A DNA stretch of 64,000 bases, from contig JAZDGU010000018.1 of assembly GCA_043806595.1 (NCBI GenBank), positions 10,284 through 74,283 of the forward strand. Reading direction: 5' to 3'. This stretch comes from Candidatus Micrarchaeota archaeon. GTDB lineage: Archaea; Micrarchaeota; Micrarchaeia; Norongarragalinales; SBBD01. The notes beneath the pieces were generated by a model that was given only the letters and a program-made list of their open reading frames with translations, was not told the origin of the DNA and ran no database searches. Made by a program: the position numbers and the translations under genes. How positions within the stretch are numbered: position 1 is the first letter of the stretch; each line of letters starts with the position of its first letter. Below are positions 58,322 to 64,000 of this stretch, in pieces.

Positions 58322-58355
58322 GGGGGCGCGGAAAGCCCCCGTTTTTTTATTTTTT
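58322..58355 (+). terminator. Hairpin plus T-tract terminator
   Basis: GGGGGC-GCGGAAA-GCCCCC followed by GTTTTTTTATTTTTT. Confidence 0.75.
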
Positions 58356-58404
58356 AAATGCAACGGGGCAGTTTGCGGCATTCAGTCAAGAGGCTGATAA
58401 AAAA

Positions 58405-58584
58405 ATGAAAGCGAAACGCAGGGGATTCGTGGAAGCCGCCGGAGGAATGACCGGCATGGCGGCAGTGCTAGCCATAATCGTCTTCTGGGCATGGTCGAAC
58501 GACGTGCTCTTCGACCTCATCGGCTCGCACTTCGTCGTGCTCGCGTTCGCGGCCATACTCGCGGCCAGCATCCTCTCAGGCTAA
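58405..58584 (+). CDS. 59-aa two-TM protein
   Basis: MKAKRRGFVEAAGGMTGMAAVLAIIVFWAW...ILSG; below the ORF-track cutoff. Confidence 0.55.
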   Translation: MKAKRRGFVEAAGGMTGMAAVLAIIVFWAWSNDVLFDLIGSHFVVLAFAAILAASILSG

Positions 58585-58620
58585 TGGTAACAGAAAGAAG
58601 CAAACCCGAATTAACCGCGG

Positions 58621-59059
58621 TCAGCGATAAGCCGCGGGTTCCGCCTTTTTCAGGACAATCTGGTCGGCAGCCTGCCTGAAATTGACCTCGAAAAAATCGA
58701 AAACAACCGCCCGTCCGAGGATAATCCAGCTGTTCTCGGCATCCACCGAGGGCACGGATACGGGGATATTTTTTATCAATGCCCGTTCATGGCCGGCCAC
58801 GACCTCCAAGTCCATCAACTCGTCGAAAACTGCAACGCTTCCTCCGATTCCCCTGCTGGAAGACGGCTGCCCGGCAAGTTCGAACCCGAGCCTTTCCGCG
58901 AGAGAACGCGGGATAAAGCACGTGTCGGCGCCGGAATCAAGCAGTGCAACGACCCTCTGCGAGTTGGAGCGGTATATCAGACGAACCTCAATCTCCGGCC
59001 TCAGAACCTTGTTGCCCTTCTTGTCAAGAGCCCTCCCTGAACCTGAAAGAAAGACGCAT
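58621..59059 (-). pseudogene. Retropepsin-like aspartyl protease, +1 frameshift after codon 9
   Basis: ALLDSGAD and ILGR motifs; MRLSFRFRE joins ALDKKGNKVLRP only if one G at 59031-59033 is removed. Confidence 0.7.
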
Positions 59060-59084
59060 TCCGGATGAACCTCTTGTGCCGAAG

Positions 59085-59279
59085 CTAGAGGATGAGCGTA
59101 TCCTTGGTCGGAACCTTGGCCAAGAGCGTTTCCTTCCCCGGGAACTTCAAATCGACCTCCCGCATGACGGCACGAAGGTCGCTTCCGCTCGCCACGACCC
59201 TGCGGTCCACTATGACGACCCATTTGCCGGCCTCCTTCTCCAAGTCGGCGGACAAATACCAGTCAAAATTCCCGCTCAT
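59085..59279 (-). CDS. DUF5678-like small protein (in frame with upstream Nudix ORF)
   Basis: GKWVVIVDRRVVASG; typical neighbour of archaeal retropepsin-like genes; TATA-like TTTTAA upstream. Confidence 0.7.
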   Translation of the reverse strand: MSGNFDWYLSADLEKEAGKWVVIVDRRVVASGSDLRAVMREVDLKFPGKETLLAKVPTKDTLIL

Positions 59280-59927
59280 ACGGATTACCCGAAGGGTATT
59301 GCTCATCGGATCCTTAAAACGCTGCCGGCTCTTTAAAAAGGCGCTCCGCCGCTTCACTCCGCCAGGCCCGCCTTTCATCGGCAACACTCCTTCCGCATCT
59401 CCCCGAGCGAAGAACAAAGCGAAGTCGGGGGTGTAATCGTCCTTCCGCTTCCGGATTCCGGAAGCGATGTCTCCCACCCGTACGAACTTGCCTGCGGCAC
59501 TCTCCAGCTTGTTAAGCCTTATCCGCCCGTGCCGCTTCCGGTCATGAGCCACGAAATACAGCTTTACGAACTCCCAGTTGGTCTCCGCCCGAGGACCGAA
59601 CTTGCGCACGAACACCAAATCCTCCTGGCCGATCTTCAACCCCAACTCCTCGCGCGTCTCCCGCAAGGCGGCTGCCTCGTAGGACTCCCCGCGGTCCAAA
59701 TGCCCGCCCATGCTCGAACCCCACTTCAGCGGGTTGGTATCCTTCGTTGCCGACCTCTGCTGCACGAACATCCGCCCGCGGGAGTCGAACAGCCACACGT
59801 GCACCGCCCGGTGGAACACATGCTTTGAATGCGCAACCGCTCGCCCCACGCTGCCAACGACCCTGTCCTTCGCATCTACGCGGTCGTACAACTCGAGCGC
59901 ATCATCCGTAGTCGTTGATTTTCGCAT
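59085..59927 (-). CDS. Nudix hydrolase (IDI-1-like fold), reading through into DUF5678
   Basis: HRAVHVWLF, QQRS..K, GGHLDRGESYEAAALRETREELG. Confidence 0.8.
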   Translation of the reverse strand: MRKSTTTDDALELYDRVDAKDRVVGSVGRAVAHSKHVFHRAVHVWLFDSRGRMFVQQRSATKDTNPLKWGSSMGGHLDRGESYEAAALRETREELGLKIGQEDLVFVRKFGPRAETNWEFVKLYFVAHDRKRHGRIRLNKLESAAGKFVRVGDIASGIRKRKDDYTPDFALFFARGDAEGVLPMKGGPGGVKRRSAFLKSRQRFKDPMSNTLRVIRMSGNFDWYLSADLEKEAGKWVVIVDRRVVASGSDLRAVMREVDLKFPGKETLLAKVPTKDTLIL

Positions 59928-59933
59928 GGGCAA

Positions 59934-60989
59934 TCAGTTCAGAAGCCGGAAGTCAATCACGACCTGGTCCACGTGCGGGGCGTATGACTTGACGACACGT
60001 GCGGCGACAACGCGGAACCTGCGTCCGTTCTCCTTGCACGCGGCGCGGATTTTCTCCCTCGCCAGCCTCACCGCGTCGGCGTCTTCGGCATCGGGAATGT
60101 AATAGAAATGCACCGTGCAGCCCTTGCGCGCCGCAGCCAGCGCCGCACCGAGGAACTCGTGGGCGTGGTGGGGCAAGGGCATCACGATGCGGTCCGCCCA
60201 CCTGCGATAACGCCTCGCCGCCAGCACTTTGTTGACATCACCTTCCACGGCCTCAATCCTGCCTTCCATCTTGTTGAGCGCGATGTTAGCCTTCATCTGC
60301 CGCACGCCGTCCGGGTTCAGCTCGATTCCGACGATCTTGCCGGCCTTCGGCTGGGCTTTGGCGATGACTACCGCGTAGAACCCCGCGCCGGCGAAAAGCA
60401 CGAGCACCCGCTCCCTTGGCCGGACCAGCTTGGCGATCCTCAGGCGCTCGAACGCGAGCCTGCCGGAGAAGAAGATGCTTGACAAATCCACATTGAACCT
60501 GCAGCCGTTCTCGCGGTAGAGCGTCGTCAGACGCCTTTCGCCGGCAATCACCTTGAGTTTGCGGATCCGGTATTCTCCCTTCGTCGCGCCCGCCTTCTTG
60601 GCCACGACGCTGATGCTCGGGTGCAGTTCCAGGAGGACTCGGGCTACGGCCTTCTCCTTCTTCACTAGCTCGGGCATGACCTCCAAGACCGCAATATCGC
60701 CCACGATATCAAACGAGGAGATGAAATGCTTCTCGCGTTCAACAGGGGTAATGATTCCCCGCCGCACGAGCACGTCGCCCAGATCGCCTCGCCGGACTTC
60801 GCGGGAGTTGAACGCGCGGCTGCAGAACTCGGCGGGAAACGGCGGCTTGAAGCGCCTGACCACTGGGAAGTAGATGTGCGCCTCGTCCTTGCCGAACTCG
60901 AAGCGCTGGTCGAACAGCTTCCGCTGGCGGAGGTACTGCTTGGCATCCTCGGCGTGCCGAAATTCGACTTTGAGGGTGATGACTGGCAT
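59934..60989 (-). CDS. trm5: tRNA (guanine37-N1) methyltransferase Trm5/Taw2 family
   Basis: FDIVGDIA, GEYRIR, ENGCRF, FFSGRL..ER, FAGAG, ELNP, DRIVMPLP. Confidence 0.88.
   Translation of the reverse strand: MPVITLKVEFRHAEDAKQYLRQRKLFDQRFEFGKDEAHIYFPVVRRFKPPFPAEFCSRAFNSREVRRGDLGDVLVRRGIITPVEREKHFISSFDIVGDIAVLEVMPELVKKEKAVARVLLELHPSISVVAKKAGATKGEYRIRKLKVIAGERRLTTLYRENGCRFNVDLSSIFFSGRLAFERLRIAKLVRPRERVLVLFAGAGFYAVVIAKAQPKAGKIVGIELNPDGVRQMKANIALNKMEGRIEAVEGDVNKVLAARRYRRWADRIVMPLPHHAHEFLGAALAAARKGCTVHFYYIPDAEDADAVRLAREKIRAACKENGRRFRVVAARVVKSYAPHVDQVVIDFRLLN
60886..60976. repeat. 91-bp exact direct repeat, copy 1 (within trm5 5' end)
   Basis: Identical to 62344-62434. Confidence 0.95.
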
Positions 60990-61042
60990 ACGCTAGCGGT
61001 ACGTTGAAAAGAAAGAAAAAGGGAGGCGGTCGGCCGTCGGGC

Positions 61043-62302
61043 CTACCTGCGCCTCCTCCTGGCACTGGCGCGGCGCGAGGCGTGGTGCCGTTTGGCGCTC
61101 CGGTTCGACATCCACCATACTGCACCGACGAGGACGAGAGCGACGACGAGCCACTTGCCCCACTCGTTCACGAGGTTGACCAGGCCCGTCTCCGAACCCT
61201 TCAGCTCGATGGGCTTGACGGTCGCCACCAGCAGGGGGCTGCCCCCGCCTGGGCGCACAGTCCCGGAAGGATTGTTCCCGGAAATAGTAAAAAGTCGTTT
61301 GAGAGTATAAGAACAACCCGAATAATAGTCAAGGAAGCAACTCTTTACACGGAACTTGTATTGTCCAGGTTGCAAATTGGTCAGGGTAACGGAATGAGAG
61401 TTCACGGGATTCGAATTGCCAGTCGAATACGGATAACCGTCGGAATTCTTCGGCCCGTATTCAATATAGCTCGTCATGGCATATCCCGTATTCCAAGTGA
61501 TTAACGCAGACCGGGTTTGGTCGTTAGGTGAAACGTATAAACCTGTTATTCGATAATCGGGATTCAATGCGTTTGTGGTGAAAAATGTCCGTAAGGTATA
61601 GTATTTTCCGAGTTCAATCTTCGATTCCGGAATTCCGTAAAGTCCAAAGTACGAAACAAAGGTACCCTCTTCATCCGGTTTGAAAACGTAGACAAAGCTA
61701 TGATCCCATTCAAAGCCTATCCGGTGAGGAAGAGTGATTTTATCGAGTGAATAATAACTTCCGTCAATTTTTTCAGAAAGGGTAAAAGTCGCGCTATTAT
61801 AATTATTGTCAAGATGATATGAAGTTAACCTAATCTTGTATTTATCGCCCTGACCTCCGGAAGACTTAATCGCATCGTTCACAAAAAGGCTTTTATACCG
61901 AATCGAGGGGTAGACTTCCGTATAGGTATGACCGCCATTCCTAGGGACCGCCATTGCTCGTGCTATTACGCCCCCTTGCTGAAAGGAGTACACATAGATT
62001 GAAACTTCAAAAAAATGGCTCGGATTTTCTCCGGTTACATCAACCGGGTAGGTTATCAATAAAACATCGTTAGGGCCGAATACGTTAAATATCGCGTTAG
62101 GTAGGGGAACATAGTATTCGGTAGAATCGAATCCAACGAGTTGAATGCTGTACCCGTTGGATGCAACAATTTTGTCGCCGGGAAGCAAAAGGAAGCTGTT
62201 ATCTCCATAATAGGTGGCACCGTTTACAAACAAAATGGGCAGAAAAAATAAAATCAAATATTTCATAAAATTCATAATTTTCCTCACCCGATAAATCATC
62301 AT
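61043..62302 (-). CDS. Secreted/anchored surface protein with FN3-like domain
   Basis: Signal MKYLILFFLPILFVNGA; SALITWNT...IEYG...HSVTLTNLQPGQYKFRV; C-terminal TM plus Arg-rich tail. Confidence 0.8.
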   Translation of the reverse strand: MMIYRVRKIMNFMKYLILFFLPILFVNGATYYGDNSFLLLPGDKIVASNGYSIQLVGFDSTEYYVPLPNAIFNVFGPNDVLLITYPVDVTGENPSHFFEVSIYVYSFQQGGVIARAMAVPRNGGHTYTEVYPSIRYKSLFVNDAIKSSGGQGDKYKIRLTSYHLDNNYNSATFTLSEKIDGSYYSLDKITLPHRIGFEWDHSFVYVFKPDEEGTFVSYFGLYGIPESKIELGKYYTLRTFFTTNALNPDYRITGLYVSPNDQTRSALITWNTGYAMTSYIEYGPKNSDGYPYSTGNSNPVNSHSVTLTNLQPGQYKFRVKSCFLDYYSGCSYTLKRLFTISGNNPSGTVRPGGGSPLLVATVKPIELKGSETGLVNLVNEWGKWLVVALVLVGAVWWMSNRSAKRHHASRRASARRRRR

Positions 62303-62336
62303 AACCCCTGTCGCTTTTTCTCATTAAAAAAGGTTT

Positions 62337-62453
62337 CTATCCATCCTTGCCGAACTCGAAGCGCTGGTCGAACAGCTTCCGCTGGCGGAGGTACTGCTTG
62401 GCATCCTCGGCGTGCCGAAATTCGACTTTGAGGGCGAGCATGATATCAGCCAT
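62337..62453 (-). pseudogene. Truncated trm5 5' fragment
   Basis: MADIMLALKVEFRHAEDAKQYLRQRKLFDQRFEFGKDG*. Confidence 0.85.
62344..62434. repeat. 91-bp exact direct repeat, copy 2
   Basis: Identical to 60886-60976. Confidence 0.95.
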
Positions 62454-62702
62454 AACAGTAGACGGCAACGTTTTTAGAAACGTGGGTCTTGCCCTCAACC
62501 CGAGTCGCCTTCCAGAAACCGAAACGATTGTTTCAAAAACGGAACGGCTGAAACGCATTCACGCAACCGAAGAAGCCAAATCAGGAGACTAGGCACTACA
62601 CGCGCCGCCTGAGGAACCGCTTGGTCTCTTCAGTGTGGAGAAACTGCACTTTTAATGCAAGCGACTTGCTTGCCATCATGCAAACCCAACTAAAACACAA
62701 CT

Positions 62703-62780
62703 CCAGTTAAGGAATAGTCATACTAAAGTTCAATGCCAGTTAGGGAATAGTGAGGTTTATATATATGCTTGCATTGAACT
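62703..62780 (+). promoter_or_regulatory. Promoter with direct and inverted repeats upstream of the AAA ATPase
   Basis: CCAGTTA(A/G)GGAATAGT at 62703 and 62736; AGTTCAATGC (62727) / GCATTGAACT (62771) bracket TTTATATA. Confidence 0.65.
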
Positions 62781-62787
62781 ATCGTAT

Positions 62788-63978
62788 ATGGCAAATTATG
62801 TTGAACGGCAACTGAAAAAGGATTTTGAAGCCCTGGCGGAGGCGGTGCCCGCAGTAGCAGTAGTCGGCCCGCGCCAGGCTGGCAAGACGACGTTCCTCAA
62901 GCACGAGCAAGCCGGTAAGAACACGTCATACGCGGTTTTCGACGACCCGGACGCCCGCACGCTGTTCGAAACCGACGTCAAGAAGTTCGAAGCGCAGTAC
63001 GTCGAAGGTTTCGAAAGGACGGTGCTGGATGAAGTGCAGTACTGCAAGAATGCGGGCCAGAACATCAAGTACCTGGCCGACAAGGGCCACAAGCTCTGGA
63101 TAACCGCTTCCTCGGAAACCCTGCTCGCCGCAAGCGTCCTCTCGCACTTGGTAGGCAGGGTCTCCATCCTCCGGCTGTACCCGTTCTCTCTCCCGGAATT
63201 CTTGGACGCCAAGGCGCAGAAGGAGTCCACGCCGGAAATGCTCTCACGAGCAGTCTGGGAGCATGCAACCTACGGGGGCTACCCCCGGGTCTGCCTCGAA
63301 CAAGGCATCGAGACAAAAAAGACGATGCTCCGGGACCTTGCCGAAACCATGATACTCAAGGACATGGCGCAGGTTTTCTCCATCCAAGAGACGACTGCCC
63401 TCCAACTTTTCTCAAAGCACGCCGCGGCGAGCGCCGGCACCCTCTTCTCCTCCGAGAGCGCGTCCCGCGACCTGCGGCTCAGCTACCAGACGATAAGGAA
63501 GTACTCCGACGCGATGGAAAAAAGCTACCTGATACGCTTCGCCCCGCCATTCTTCTCCAACAAGTCAAAAGAACTCGTCAAGCAGCCCAAACTGTTCTTC
63601 GTGGACTGCGGGCTGCGCAACGCGATTGCCAACTCATTCGCACCCGAACTCGACGGCAGGATTTTCGAAAACTACGTGTACAGCGAACTGCTCAAAGCCG
63701 GGCACTCGCCGAAATACTGGCGCACGAAAGCAGGCGCGGAAGTCGACTTTGTAGTCGAGCAGGGGAACGCCCCCTTCCCGGTTGAAGCAAAGCTGACAGC
63801 CGAACCCGGGCGCATCAGCCGCAGCCTCCGCTCGTTCATCAACGCCTACAAGCCCAAGGCTGCCGCCGTGGTATCGTACAAGCCCGTTGCCGCGCAACAG
63901 AAATTCGGCGGTTGCACGATTACCTATTGCGACCCGCTCTCGATGCACGCAGCCATCAACGCACGCGCAGGCCAATAA
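62788..63978 (+). CDS. AAA_14 ATPase with DUF4143 (COG1373)
   Basis: GPRQAGKTT, LDEVQ, LVGR, LYPFS, GGYP, PKLFFVDCGL, FENYV, YWRT..GAEVDF, VEAK. Confidence 0.92.
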   Translation: MANYVERQLKKDFEALAEAVPAVAVVGPRQAGKTTFLKHEQAGKNTSYAVFDDPDARTLFETDVKKFEAQYVEGFERTVLDEVQYCKNAGQNIKYLADKGHKLWITASSETLLAASVLSHLVGRVSILRLYPFSLPEFLDAKAQKESTPEMLSRAVWEHATYGGYPRVCLEQGIETKKTMLRDLAETMILKDMAQVFSIQETTALQLFSKHAAASAGTLFSSESASRDLRLSYQTIRKYSDAMEKSYLIRFAPPFFSNKSKELVKQPKLFFVDCGLRNAIANSFAPELDGRIFENYVYSELLKAGHSPKYWRTKAGAEVDFVVEQGNAPFPVEAKLTAEPGRISRSLRSFINAYKPKAAAVVSYKPVAAQQKFGGCTITYCDPLSMHAAINARAGQ

Positions 63979-64000
63979 AACCCTTCCCCGCCAACCGAGT

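Noticed and set aside
58405..58584. Type IV pilin with class III signal peptide
   Set aside because: RRG|F is suggestive, but there is no hydrophobic run directly after it, no pilin domain and no pilus genes nearby.
59400..59927. Type 1 IPP isomerase (idi)
   Set aside because: The catalytic Cys motif is replaced by SSMGGH; called a generic Nudix.
60886..62434. 91-bp repeat pair as a DGR template/variable repeat
   Set aside because: The copies are identical, with no adenine-specific mismatches and no reverse transcriptase in the window.

Overview
GC-rich archaeal chromosome segment, judged from TATA-type promoters, LonB, eS26, TtuA/Ncs6, type II MetAP, Trm5 and an archaeosortase. A DPANN/Micrarchaeota-like host is an inference only. 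Housekeeping genes (smc, ttuA, gpmA, ppi, tRNA-Val, rps26e, rnz, tldD, drg, uppS, map, trm5) alternate with accessory blocks: an ABC/COG1361 envelope operon, an AT-rich SRA-HNH + MazG-like + DUF2075 island, Cys-rich surface proteins, a trehalose/antiporter osmotic cluster, and a shattered arCOG07300-iRadA-PolB cassette. Top observations: (1) a stand-alone C-terminal half of Lon protease that begins with a 41-50 aa intein C-fragment at the canonical Lon intein site, i.e. a candidate naturally split, trans-splicing Lon; (2) a tight five-gene operon of unknown small membrane proteins built from two paralog pairs plus one singleton; (3) a sigma-70-like protein in an archaeon; (4) a chimeric surface-protein gene inside an exact 91-bp duplication of the trm5 5' end. 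All product calls come from motif recognition by eye; no database searches were run.
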